Positions 38,100 to 51,454 of a stretch of DNA of 64,000 nucleotides are shown here, one piece after another. Each line of letters starts with the position of its first letter. The first letter of the stretch is position 1. A model generated the notes under the pieces. The model made no database searches, was not told the DNA's origin, and was given only the letters and a program-made list of their open reading frames with translations. This DNA comes from Monocercomonoides exilis PA203. Lineage: Eukaryota; Protista; Preaxostyla. The stretch covers positions 502,113 through 566,112 of the forward strand of contig LSRY02000055.1 of NCBI GenBank assembly GCA_001643675.2, read 5' to 3'. Position numbers and translations under genes: made by a program.

Positions 38100-39400
38100 C
38101 TTCCATCTCATCAAATATTTTTCATTATTAATTCTATTCTTTTCGTTTCATCAACCTCCTTTTCATCTTTCTCTTTTTCTTTTTATCGCCTTTTAATGTT
38201 CATCAAAAAAAGGAAAGAATACTTAAGTCATTATGTCATTTAATGTTTGCTGTTGAGTCTCCTTCAAAATAGAATCGACTGCTCCAATTTTCAACAATCC
38301 TTCAACTTTTGCATCTCATTTTTTCGCAACATTTCTCAACAAATAGATTCATCTCTCGCTTAAATCTTTGTGATTTTCCTTTGCAGCACTAAATGCCCAA
38401 GCAATGCCCTCAACAAGCCCAATAAATTCTTCATTCCATAAGTTGCATAACCGAAGAAAATTTACAATGTTTGGAACCATCTCATCAAAACGCACTTTTA
38501 TTTCGTTTCTTTTCCCTTTTCCTCTTCTTTCTTTTTCCAATTCACCCACTTTGTCAGCTCTTCCAGCTCTCTTATTTCTTCTCTCGATAAATGCAGCTCT
38601 TTCGCAACAACAACTTCCAGTTCTCCTTTCATGCACGATCTGCTTTCAAAAAACTGTCACTCTGTCTGATATGAGAGTCTTGTTTGATTGTTGTATTTTT
38701 TTATTTATTGGATAATCTCTAAAAAATAATCTTGGAAAAGTTCACTCCACGTTTCCAAAAAAAATTGAAAGAAATTCCTTAATATCAAAAATAAATGGAA
38801 ATGTTCACACATCATATTCATTTTAACAATTCAATGATAACAAAGCAGATTAAACATCCTTTTGAACTTCCTCTTTTCCCTCTTTCTTCAAAGAAACATT
38901 CAGAAGACCAGAAATGCAAATAGAAAGCAATTTAAAAAAAAACCTACTGCAAAGCAAAAGATAACATACACAGAAATAAGAAAGAAGATTTTCGCTCTTC
39001 CCTTCTTTTTTCCTTCGTCAGCAATCATCCTCTCATATCTTTTGTTAAACAAAGATTGGTCAAAAATTTTAATTAGTTCATTTTTCTCAGAACTGTGATA
39101 TCCCATATGTTTTAACAGCAAAAACAGATTCTCCAAAATATTTTCTTTTCTCAAATCATTTTGTCCATTTTATTGAACAGTTCTTTTGCGAAAATAGATT
39201 TATATTCTTCTTTGTTCATTCCATCCATCGCTTCTTTCATTTCAAGAATTATCTGTTTCCTTTCTCTTCAGTTCAGCGTTCAAGCTTAGAAAACAATTTC
39301 AAATAAAAAACAAAGAAAGAAACACAATAATCAAGAATTTTTGAATAATAATAAAAGCAAACCATATAACATTCATTATATACACATATATTTTGCATTT
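38100..39400 (-). pseudogene. Degenerate member of an expanded helical (ARM-like) oxymonad gene family
   Basis: LENLFLLLKHMGY...IFDQSLFNKRYERMIADEGKKK text recalled from a large Monocercomonoides hypothetical family; frameshifts and stops. Confidence 0.55.
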
Positions 39401-40531
39401 TCATCATTGATTTCATTCAGGAAACAACATCGTTTAATCATGAAAGTTGAATTTGAATATGCTTGGATTCAATAAATTGAAGAAAAATCGAAACTCAAAG
39501 TGTTAATGACATCAAAAATGTTGACACTATTTTTTTATGTTTAAATATGATCAACAAAACATTTTGTTAGAAAATTTTGTTTTATAATTATTTTTTGGCT
39601 ACAATGGATAAAATGATCATTTAATGGAAACATGTTCATAAATTAAAGACAATATTCGTATTAAATATTAACACTTATGATTATATTTATTACAATTTTT
39701 TTTTAGGTGACCGATAGTAACAAAAAATTGCATGTCGTGTCGCACAGGTCTTGTCACATGAAAATGAGACAACTTTGCAGAATAAAGAAAAAAAATATTT
39801 TCAAATTTCGGAGAAACCCTGAGTCATAATAATCTCCAAGTTCTTCCGAAAATTAAAAACGATAAGTTTTTTATTCATGGAAGCAAGTTGTTTCATTTTT
39901 GTATAATTTATAAGTTTGCATTTATTGATGGAATAATTGGACTTATTATCTTTTTGTGACAATAAATAATAGTTGAGATAATGCTAGTGTCCGCAGTCAT
40001 TAAAAGAGTTCACTATTATCAACACTCACTACAATAATACATTTTTCTTATCTCAATATTCAAACGAAAATTTCAATATGAATTTCTTTCTGACGAAAAA
40101 ATTATGGACTTAAAAATCATCCGTGTGAGGTCACAAAACACTATGTTTCGATTTCACTTGTGACTGTACAAAAATATAAGAATTCATTTTATTTTGAATC
40201 TGAGAGAGTTATGAAATGTTATGAAAAATTCAGTCTCAAAAATGATTTGGGAGAAAATACAGATGTTCAAGCTTTTTTTGAACAAAGCACAAAAAAATTA
40301 CTTCACTCATTGCTTTATTTCGCTTTCGCAGAATTCAAAATAAATATGATTTTCATATATTTTCACATGCTTCATTGAAATCAAATCATAAAGTTTTCCA
40401 ACATTTCACGAATGTCAAAAAATGGACCCATTTTTATTGTGTTTTTTGATCTCAAAAAATCAAAGAAAAAAAAATAATATTTCAATGAAAATGGCTGAAG
40501 TTCAATATTTAGTCCCATATTTTTACTATAT

Positions 40532-41158
40532 CAAAAGATGTTGAATAATAATTTTTTGTTCAACTAAAGTTGCATTTCAATTCTTTCCGATTTTTTCCCA
40601 AAAAATTTTTATTTTCTGACAGACTGCTGCTTAATGCGATGCCATTATCAACAAATAAATAATTTGAAAAGATTATTTTTATTAATACATATAACACTCG
40701 AATGCTTATCCAAAATGAATTAATTATTTCTGGAAACTTCCTTTTTATCTGTCAAAAGGGATTAATATCATCATCATATTTTGATCTGATTGTTTTTGCA
40801 TTTTCACTTTATTAGTGTCATTTGGAAAATATAGAGATGTTGCTGTGGTTCGTTGTGTCGAGTTCCATTTTTCAGAAAATTATGAGAAATTGGTAAAATA
40901 ATCAGATCAATCAAAAAGTAGACATTTTCACCTTTGAACAGATAAAAAGGAAGTTTCCAGAAATAATTAATTCATTTTGGATAAGCATTTGAGTGTTTTG
41001 TGTATTAATAAAAATTAACTTTTCAAATTATTATTTTGTTGATAATGGCATCGCATTAAGCATCTGTCAGCCAGAAAATAAAAATTTTTTGGGAAAAAAT
41101 CGGAAAGAATTGAAATGCAACTTTAGTTTAACAAAAAATTATTATTCAATATCTTTTG
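40532..41158. mobile_element. Foldback/MITE with ~225-bp diverged inverted arms
   Basis: 40532-40759 aligns with the reverse complement of 40932-41158 (e.g. aatgcgatgccattatcaacaaa / tttgttgataatggcatcgcatt). Confidence 0.85.
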
Positions 41159-42599
41159 TTATTATGAAATCATAAATTAAGTTCCATTTGTTTTTGAAAT
41201 TGTGAAAAATTAATAATAAAAACATTTAGCCCTTGAATCTGATAATGGTGATGTTGGGTTTATTTTTCATTTTTCTTATTGGATCTGTCAAACACTAAAA
41301 AGATATTGAAAAATGTGTTGAAGAACTCGACAATACTCATATTATCGAAAAGAAAATATCTTAGTCATTTCCATCTGTGTCGATTATTCACTTTTTCATT
41401 TTTCATGTTAAATGAGATAAATGAAGGGGAAAAACAGATTGAAAAGAAATAATAATTTTGAAATTAAAAATGGTGAATATGTTTACAATGATAACATTTA
41501 AAACAACAGAAACACAAAGCTTGCGGGAATACAAGCATGTCTTTGATCATAAAAATAAAACAAAAACATTATTTTGAAGATCTTTTTGAAAAGATAGAAA
41601 TGATAAAAATTAATTTTCACAAACAATGTTACACAACATTTCAAAGTTATTTGCGTATATATTATGTGTGATTATTTTTGAAAAAATATTTCTTTCAAAC
41701 AAAAATTTTGGTTCAAAAATGTCTCTTGAAAAAAACAACAGTACACTGAAGAGTGAAAAGGCTTATTCAAAACGTTTTTATCCTTTATTTCACTCAAACA
41801 TTTGAATATAAAAACAAGTTTTAAACTTTTTCTCTAATGAAAAAAAATAACTTTCAAAAAATTAACAATCTTTGAAAAATCAACACCCCGAAAAAAGATA
41901 TGATTTCAAAAATAATCACCCATTAATTAATATGGGTGATTTTTTTTGATATCATAAAAAATAACGAAGTTTGATCATAAAAAATTTTCATAAAGGGTGA
42001 GGTTGATAAGATTAATTTTATTTGAAATTGCATGAAAATATAGATCAATATATTATTATTATTAATTCTTTGTTGATTTTAATTTGTTTCCAATTGTTTT
42101 TATTTCAAATATCTCTGAATAAAAATAATTTCAAAAAAAAATTTCGACAATTCAATAAACGTTATAAAACATAAGTTTTCTTGTTTGAAAATGATATAAA
42201 CAATTTATAAAATACGTAATCAATCAATTTTTTATATAAATATAAGTTTTATGATGTTATTGCAAAGAAATTTTTAAATTAATTTTAAAGATCTCAAAAC
42301 ATTTGTTGAATTTTATCAATTCACATTAACACTTACGCAAAAATATAATAGTAACATAAGACACTCATCAAGTAATCAACTGTTTGTTGATAAATTTGTT
42401 TGTAAACAAATAAACTTAGAAATATTTAATTATTATCTAAATATCAAACAAAGTTTAAGATAAATAAAGAAAATTTAAAAAAATGAAAAGAAACTCGTCA
42501 ATTTTTGCTTTTTCCACTTAAAAAGCTTCTATCGCACGAACATCTTCATTTTATCTTCCTCTCTTTGTTTCTCCTCTGATTCTCTCTATCTCCTTCTCA

Positions 42600-45500
42600 T
42601 CAATAATATGTCATCAAGTTATCTGCCTCCTTAGATGCTCTGTTTTTGTCTGCCTGTTCGTTTTGAGAACAGATTGGTTAAAAACCAGTTTCACATGAAA
42701 GGATATGAACAACAAAATGGTGCATGAATATAAAGCGCTGAACCATTGTTCCAGTATCCTTGTGGCGCCCATTTCTCCATATCGCTTCTGCATCCCCTTC
42801 CGCGGAACTCGCATCCCTCCGTTCACTTTCTCTTTGCTCGCTGGAGTTGACGTTGTGTCCATCTGCCCGTCTGTTCTGGCTGACTCCGATGATTCTGGGC
42901 TGCCTGCTCCAGGATCCAGAAAAGTCTACGCTTTGGACTCTGCCTGCATTACTTTTCACCGTGCTCACCAGATATTCGTTAACCAGCACACTGGCTTCTC
43001 TTTCCATCAGTGTGGCTCCCCGCTTCCCTCCGCGCTTCTCTCTCCACAGTCATCCACCACATCTCCCCTTCCATCGACAACATCCTCTGGATCTGATGCT
43101 CCTCCTTCTTCGACGCCCTGACCTCCCTTACAGACATCCGATCCGAGTTCGTACAGTAGAGTCTTATTCTTGTTCTTTTAAACATTATCAGTTGGCTATA
43201 GACGTATTTCTCAATGGCTGTATCATCCTTAAAGTTATTCCTCCCTCTATTTCTCCCTTCGCATTCCTCCGCTTTTCTCTTTCTTTCCATCCTTTCCTTC
43301 TTCCTTCTCTCCTTCTCTCTCATCCTCCTTGCCCAGATCTCATCCTCTCTGATTTCCAGTGCCTTCATTCCTTTCTCAGTGAACCTCAGCTCCTGCGGAT
43401 ATTTCAGTATGCAAGCCAAAATCCCCTCTTTTCCGTCGCACACAAGCTTCTCTATGCCCCATCCATCAACAGGCAGCATCAACACTCTGTCTTCCATCGT
43501 GCTTCTCTGCCCGCAAGTCTCAGCACAGCCGACCCAGTGGTGGAGAAGAGAAGGAAGAGTGAAATGGAGCGAGCACTGTATTTCTTGAAGAACAGAAGAA
43601 GAGGAAGAGGAAGAAAACGAAGAAGAAGAAGAATATATAACTGAGTCTGAATATGGAGACGATGTCGAAATAGTCAGTCGAATTTATACTGAAGAAGATG
43701 GAAATACTTTTCTATCTGGTTTCGAAGAGGCATTTTGATGAGAAGTAATAATACCATTTGGCTGATCCTCTGCATCATCTTCGTTTTCATCGTGAGTTAT
43801 TGTTAAAGAGCCGTGAGTTTCTGCTATTTTGGCTTCATTTTCGCTTTTCTTTTCTTTTCTTTTTCATTTCCATTCTCAGTTTTCTTTTTGGAAGAAACAG
43901 AATAAGAGAGCAGACTTGAAGATGGAGAAGAGGACAATGAAGATGAAGATGGATAGGAAAAAGCAGTGGAAGAAGATGACATCAAAGAAGATGGTGATAG
44001 AGATGAGTTCCTCTACTGACTTGATGCTGGCTTCCTTTTCTGTTTTTTGATTTCAGCTGCATTTTGCGAGAGAGTCGAGAGTGGATATGTAATAGAGATC
44101 GGTTTGAGGGTGCGATCGCTGTGCTTCTTGTGTGTCTGTGCAAGTGGCTGGAGGGGATGACAAAATTGTTTGATAACAGATGTATTTTGAGAGGCTGATG
44201 AAGAAGATGAAATAGAAGAAGTTGAAGAAGAAGGTGATGATAATGATGCAGTTGGTACAGCTGTTGAGGAAGGAGATAAGGTTGTTGTTGACGAGCTGGA
44301 TTTTGAATGAGATGACTTTGAGGAATGAGAGTGTGAGTGAGGCTTTGAAGAGGAGGAAGAAGAAGCAAAAGTGTTTTGAGATGACAGAGAAGGATGTGGA
44401 ACTTCAACTTCACTTCTATTAGCAGAAGAATCCGAAGAAGGAGAAGAAGAAGAAGCTTCTTTCACGCTTTTTTTGCTGTGCTTGCAAATTTTCTTTGTAT
44501 TTCACAAGATATTCATCAAACAGCATGCTTTTCTGCAAAGGAGTAGAAAAAGAAAAAGAATAAGTTTTTGAATCAAACATCTTAAAACACATTCGCATTT
44601 TCACTTCGCTTTTTCTCCGAATGTGTTTGTTCTTTTGGAGCATAATTTTCTTCTTGTTCTTCTTTTTCTTCTTCTTTTTTTTTTTTGAAGAAGACAAGTT
44701 TTTTGAATTGTCATCTTTTCCATTTTCTGCAGCTGAAAATGTGCTTTTATTGAAAAACACTTCTGCAAAGCTTCCAAATTGAACAGCCTTCCTGTCAAAA
44801 TACAGATCATCTCGTATTTGAAAAATCTTCATCCACCAAACAACAAGAAAGCGATTCAACATTCTCCTTCATCAACATCTTCCTCTTGTTCGCTTCATTT
44901 TTGAAGTTCGATTCGCTTCTTTTTGTCTTCATCTTTTTCAGATACGAAACAAATACCTCTTTCTTCTTCTCAGCCTGCTCCAGCGCCTTCTTCTGCGGTC
45001 TTCGAGCTTTTCCCGATCTTTCTCAAAGTTCTCATTCTCTTCCTCCAGCTGCTCCTTTGTCTCCTTCTCTGCCTCTTCCTTCTGTATCTTCTCTATCTTC
45101 CACTGAGTCGCTTTCTCTTCCTCAATTCTATCGATGCGGCTTGGAATGGCTGACAATTTTGGCTCAGGAAAGCACAGTGATGAAGTAGGAACAGACGCTG
45201 TGAGGCAGAAGAAAGCGAAGAGGGAAGAGAGGAAGAAGGAACAGGATGCCACATTTGATGGGTGGGAGATGGGGTGCTGGTGGGAAAAGGAGATAAAGAG
45301 CACATTGAAAGAGGAGGCGAAAGTGATGATGGTGAAGAAGGCAAAGCATTGACAATCTGATTGTTATCAGATGAAATTGGTGTGGATGGTAAAGAAGAAG
45401 ATAAGATGATGATAAGGAAGAGGAGGAAAGAGAAAAAGAGAAGGATGCTGATCTAGTTGATTGGAGCGTTGACTGAAGAGTCTGATTTGGTCCATTTAAC

Positions 45501-48500
45501 GTTGTGTTAATAGCATTTTGCTGGTTAAAAGGCAAGTTTTTCATTCTTTCTGCTTCTCTTTCTCTTTCTTCTCTCAGCTTCCTTTCTTTTATTCGCCTCA
45601 ATCTTTCGTCAAATTTCATTCTCGCTTTCGTTTATTGCTCCTTTCACCACATCCCATCTTTCACTTCCTCCTCAAACAACTTGTCATCAAAAAGCGCAAT
45701 GTGACAAACAATTATCAGAGTCTGCATCCTTTCGCTTATCAGCGACGAATACAGCGAAAGAATATCTGTATTCTTTTTCTCCTCTTTCCTCCTCTTCATC
45801 CCTTCCAATGAAGCATGAATGCTGCTTTGTGGATCCTTCACGTATTTGTTGAAACATTGTGGAGGGATCAATAAAGAAATCTGAGGGATAGACAAAGCAG
45901 AGGATGATGATTGAGAAACAGATGGGGTCAAAGCTTTGTTAGCAGTTGTATTCTTTGACATAAAGAAATTATGATCTTCTTCTTGAAGCAGAACCATGTT
46001 ATCTTTGCTGCATTTCTTCATTCAAGCTGCCATTTTTTTTTGTCTTTTCCTTTGGATCACTGAAAAACGTTTTGACGCTCTGTGAATAAGAAGATAATGA
46101 TGATGAAATCACTGAATATGTGTCACGAGCATGCCTGCCTTTCAACGAAGCTGATTTCGACGCTTCAGACTTGCTTCAATTCAGCTCGCTTTTCTATCTC
46201 TCTTCTTCCTCTTTGTCTTCAATACAAAATTGTGCATTTCCTCTTATGCTTTTCCTCATTGCATTCACACCTACTACTTCTGCTTTCCGCATTTGTGAAA
46301 TTAAACTCAAAATCTCTTCGTCTGCCACAACTTTTCCAGACAATTGTTATTCTTCGAAGTATTAAACTCTAAATGATGTTCTGCTTCCATCAAATGACTC
46401 TAAATGGATCATTCTATCAACTTTTCTATTTGAAGTTCCATCTTTCTCTGTCTATAAATATTTCTCATGTTCAATTCTTTTTCTTCTTTCTCTTCCTCTT
46501 TCATTCATTTGTTCATTCTCGTTCATATTCTTCATTTTCTTCCTGTTGACCTCTTTTTCTTTTCTTCCCAGCATCTGCCTGAAGAACTCTGTTTCAAACA
46601 AAAGGGCATCCGCATAACAGAAGAACGATGGATGGAAAAGCGGTGTTAACGAAGGAGAAGAACACATCAGAGTGAATGGGCGAGCGTGTGGGTGTGTTAT
46701 AAAAAGAAGGCGTGCGTTTTGATGAGTGAGGGAGTGGAGAAAGAGGCAGCAGAGACAAGGGTGGAGTCGGGAGATGGAAAGCAGAGAGGAAGAAGAGAGA
46801 GATCAAGGAATTGTTTGTGTGATTGAACTGAGGCATTGCTCGCTGCTGTCAAAGGAAGTTTTCACAGAGGCAGCTGAAGAAGAAGTCGATAAAGATGTTG
46901 CTGTTGGGTTTGCAAAAACAGAAGCAGAACTTGACGATGATGAAAAGAAAGAAGATGCATTTAAAGTCATTTCAAATGTTGTTGCTTGAGCATTTGCTGC
47001 TAGATAAATATGTTTGTTTTTGTGGGAATTCGGATGATTCGTGATTGTGTGGACAATCATCCCTCCTCTCTCTTCTCTCTCTCTCTTTTTTTTTTCCTCT
47101 TTCTTCTTCAAAGTCATCCATGTCCAAAATGTCGTATCGAGTGCCTGAAACATCATAGCTCAGTTCGTTGAGTCTTCCTTCTCCCTTTGCAGACGAAGCA
47201 AAAACAGGAGAATGGCACACCAGTGAAGAACAAGGTGATGAGTTTTCAGTCAATTCATTGTCTTCCATCGCATGTTTGTCTTTGCTGTTTTATCTTTGTT
47301 CTCTGTCAGCTTCTTCAGCTTCTCTCTTTCTGAGATCAGATCCTCCAGCGACTTAAAGAAGATGTCCATTTCTCTTCAGCACTTCACTCCACAATCACGA
47401 ATGAATGAGACATTGATGTTGAAGTGAATTAGATATTCAATGAAGATATTTGAGATTGTTCTGTTTAAGAAGAAAAAAAGGAAGAAGAAGAGGAAGAAGA
47501 GGAAGAAGAAGAAAAAGAAGAAGAAGAAGAAGAAGAAGAAGAAGAATTGGAAGGATAAGAAGACAATGAAGATGAAACAGCAGAAGGAGAACAAGAAGAA
47601 GAAAATGAAGAGGAAAAGAGATAAACCTGAGGTGTATCATGAGGAGCAAAAGAGTTGGAGCGATGAAGATGGAGATGATGATTTCTTTTGCGATGAGAAA
47701 GATGAGAAAGATGAGAAGAATTGGTAGAAGGAAGGAAGAAATCAGTTGTGGTGTTGTTGGGGTTCTTGTTTGAGGAAGAAGGATGGGAATAAATGGAAGA
47801 AGAAGTAGAAGCAGAAGAAGAAGATCATAACGAAGATGAAATTCCTGAAATTCCTTGATATTCTCCATGCTTCTTCTGTTTGTTTGCATCATCATTCATT
47901 CTGTTTGAAGATAAATTGAAATTCTGCTTGTCTGGAGAAGGAAGAAGATGTGTTTCTTCTCTTTGAAAAGAGCGATGTGGAAAGGAAAAGATATTGGATT
48001 TGAGACGATCAGATGAAGAGGAGGAAGAAGATGATGAGGAAGATGATAAAGAAGAGGAAGAGGAAGAGAAAGAGAAAGAGAAAGAGGAAGAGGAAGAGGA
48101 AGAGGAAGAGGAAGAGGAAGAGGAAGAGGAGGAAGGGAAATAAGAAGAAGAAGAAGAAGAAGAAGAAAGATTAGATTGAGCTAAGAGACGTAAATTGTGA
48201 ATGCCAGCATATGAATGAATGGCTGGATGAGAAATGTTCATTGGAGAAGAAGAAGAAGAAGAAGAAGAAGGGGAAGAATTCAAATTATTTGAAAAAGAAG
48301 TGGAAGAAGAATTTAATTGAGCAGAAGGAGAAAGAGAAGAAAAGGAAGAAGAAGAAGATAATGAAATATGAAGGGAATCTTGATTTGTATTATTTATTGA
48401 AGTGACAGAAGAAGAAGAATGTAATGGAGAAAGAGAAGAAGAGGGAGAAAGGGAAAGAGAAGAGGAGGAGGAGGAAGAAGAAATAAAAGAGAAGGAAGAG

Positions 48501-51250
48501 AAGGAAGAAGAGAAGAAGAAAGAAAAAAGAATAATTCCATTTGAAATTCAAAATTTTAATAGAACATTTTGGAAGATGTTTATTTCATTGGATGAGAGAG
48601 AGAAAGAAGGAGAAGGAGAAGGAGAAGGAGAAGATGATGATTATGAAACAATAGAAGAGGAAGAAGAGGAAGAAGATGATGACATTGAAAATGATGAATT
48701 TGAAGAAGAAGAAGAAGAAGAAGAAGAAGATTTTGAATTGGAAGAAGAAGAGGATAATGAAGAAGAATACGATGAGGAGGAGGAGGGGGGAGGAGGAGGA
48801 GGAAGAAGAAGAAAAAGAAAAAGAAGAAGAAGAAGAAGATGTTGATGGAGTTGAAGAAGAAGAGGAAGAGGAGGAGGAAGAGGAAAAGGAAGTAGTAGTA
48901 GTAGTAGTAGAAGAAGAAGAAGAAAAAGAGGAAGAGGAAGAGGAAGAGGAAGAGGAAGAAGAAGAGGAAGAAGAAGATTGGTGGAAGTGAAAGGAGGTTT
49001 TGCAATGAAAGTGATTGAAGTGCATTTGAACATGTTTCATCTGCTGCTTCTTTCTCCTCATCCGTAGAAGAGGTAGCAAAAGAGCGAGATATTTGGACAT
49101 AGCAACATTCAGTTGCCTCACAATCAACTGGCCGTGATGACGATTAGAAGGAAGATGATATCAAAGATGATGCTAATTCTTGATACTCCGTTCTTTCAGC
49201 AGTTGCTCCTTCAAATTGTTCAGATTTGGACGAATAAATTTGGTCATCCAATGGTCCTTCTAAAGATTCTGAGGTTTTCGTGTTTGCATATCCTTTTCAG
49301 CATCTTCTTCCTTCTCTTTCACTCTCACTCTCTTCTTCTTCGTTTTCTTTTCTGACTTTTTCAAGTTCTTTGTTAATAACTTTTCTTAATTCCTTTTATA
49401 ACATCCTTTCATCTGGTTTGATTGCAATTCACCTCAATCTCCCTCATTTCCTCGACCTCCTTCATCTTCCAAATCATCATTTCACCTCTTCATTTTCTCC
49501 TCTTTCTGTCCCTTTCGATCTGAGCACTCAACAAAACGAATCAGAATTCTTGTGATAATTAAAAAATAAGGTTCATCTTTCCCTTTTGCCTCTGGCTCAA
49601 CAGAACTCTTCATCTGATGGCCAGCCCTTCTTCTGTGTGGATGAAGACATGCAGAATGGGTAGAAAGCAAACCAAGTGGAAAAGCAGAGAAAAGAGAAGA
49701 AGAAGAAGAATGGGTAGGTTGCTGTTTATTCTGTGCCTTTGAATTATTACGGAGTTGCAGTTGAGAAAAGCAGAAGAGGGTAAATGAGTTTCTGGAAGCT
49801 GAGTAAAATCGAAGTTGGAAATTTGCACAAAGTTGCCTTTTTTGTCACTTTATGAATTAATCAAACGAAAATGTCTTCGTTGCAGTCATTTGTTACCGTT
49901 TTTCATTCGCCTCGCTTTATCTTCTTTTAAGCTGTTTTTCTTTCTGTTCTCAAAAAGAAATGAGATATTTTCCTTTATATTTTCTGCAGTTGCACCTATT
50001 TTCAGCTTGCAATCACGGTGCAGGCGGAGGAGCGAACGAATAATAAACAGCACTAGCAGATACAAATAAAATTCGCGGTTGATAATAACTTCTGGTATTT
50101 TTATAGGAAATTGTATTGCCGTTTAGAAAAAATACCGTTGTTGATGTAATAGATGCTTCTGCTTTTGCTTCTGCTGTTTCGATCGTGTTGGGAGTGATTT
50201 TTCCTGATCGTTCGTTTTGTGTTCTCGCAATCATCGGAATCATCACACATGAAGTTTCTTTCTTCTTCCATTTAATCATATTTCATTTCCTTATCTTCTT
50301 CATTCATTTCTCCTACTCTTTCTATTTCTCTCCCTTTTTTCGGATAAAATTCTTGATCCTTCATCTTCATCTGCAAATTCAGCTGTTCTTCATTTGATCG
50401 ATTGAACGGCAAATGGGGAGATCTGAACGTAAAACAACACATTGCTTCAAATTCAGTCGAAATTTTCAATACAAATTGGATAATGCATCAGAGATGATGA
50501 AAAAATGGAATGGGATGTGGAAGAAGACGAAGATTAAGAAGAAGAAGAAGAAGAAGAAGATATTGAAGTTTCAAATGCCATATGATATTCAATGTCTGCC
50601 TCCTGCTTCAAATGTCCAACAAATTGATTTGCAAATCAAATTGTTATTCCATCAGAACATCACAATAATTCTACAAAAATACACTCATTGAAAAGAAAGT
50701 GCCAAATCCATTTCTGTGAAAGTGACTTGTCTCTCTTTCCGGTTGTATCGACTTTCTTGTCTTCTCTGTGTAACTTTTTTATTCTTTAGCCATCTTCTCT
50801 TTGTTTCATTCATCGACGTTGAGTAAAAGGCTATTAACATTTTCCAAAAAAACATTCTCCAAAAGCAATATCTTATCGAGCAATGTTCTAAAAGAATGAA
50901 TTTTTATCAGATAAGCTCAGTTTTCGCTCATTCCGTATCCCAAAGAAGGAAGAAGATGAAGACGATGCAGAATAAGATAGTCAAATATGGCTATCAACAA
51001 CAAAATATGAAGAAGAAGATGAACAGATATTGTGAATAAAACACCTCTTTTTCTCTCTCTGTCGGAGTGGCTTGTGATGAAGTTGAGCCATATGAGAAGA
51101 AGATAGCAGTATATCCAGCAGTATATTCAGCAAAACAAGAATCGCCAAAATTAACAGTGCGATCAGAAAAAACATTTTGTGTGTTGAATGAAACAATCAT
51201 TGGCCATTGAAATGTTTCATTTGTGTAAGGCTCTCTTGTTGTTCAACAAA
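42600..51250 (-). pseudogene. Very long low-complexity (poly-Ser) gene or gene cluster, interrupted; product unknown
   Basis: Series of minus-strand coding-like frames (42979-43497, 44013-44465, 45644-46021, 46972-47268, 47825-48283) with stops between them. Some breaks may be introns. Confidence 0.45.
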
Positions 51251-51454
51251 TCCATATCAATAATTTTGTTGAATAATCTGAGGCTGAAAATGAATGATGA
51301 ATTCATTAAATTTTCCGCTTGAACACGCCTTTATGTATATAATCATTTTTGAAAGTTATTGTTCTCCACACAAACAAAAAATATGGAAAAAAATATTCTT
51401 TATTTGAAAAATAAAAAAAATATAACGATCAAATCAGGCTTTTGTTTATCAAGA

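Noticed and set aside
47440-49130. Poly-Glu/Lys/Phe ORFs
   Set aside because: Alternative frames of GAA/GAG microsatellite tracts; not independent genes.
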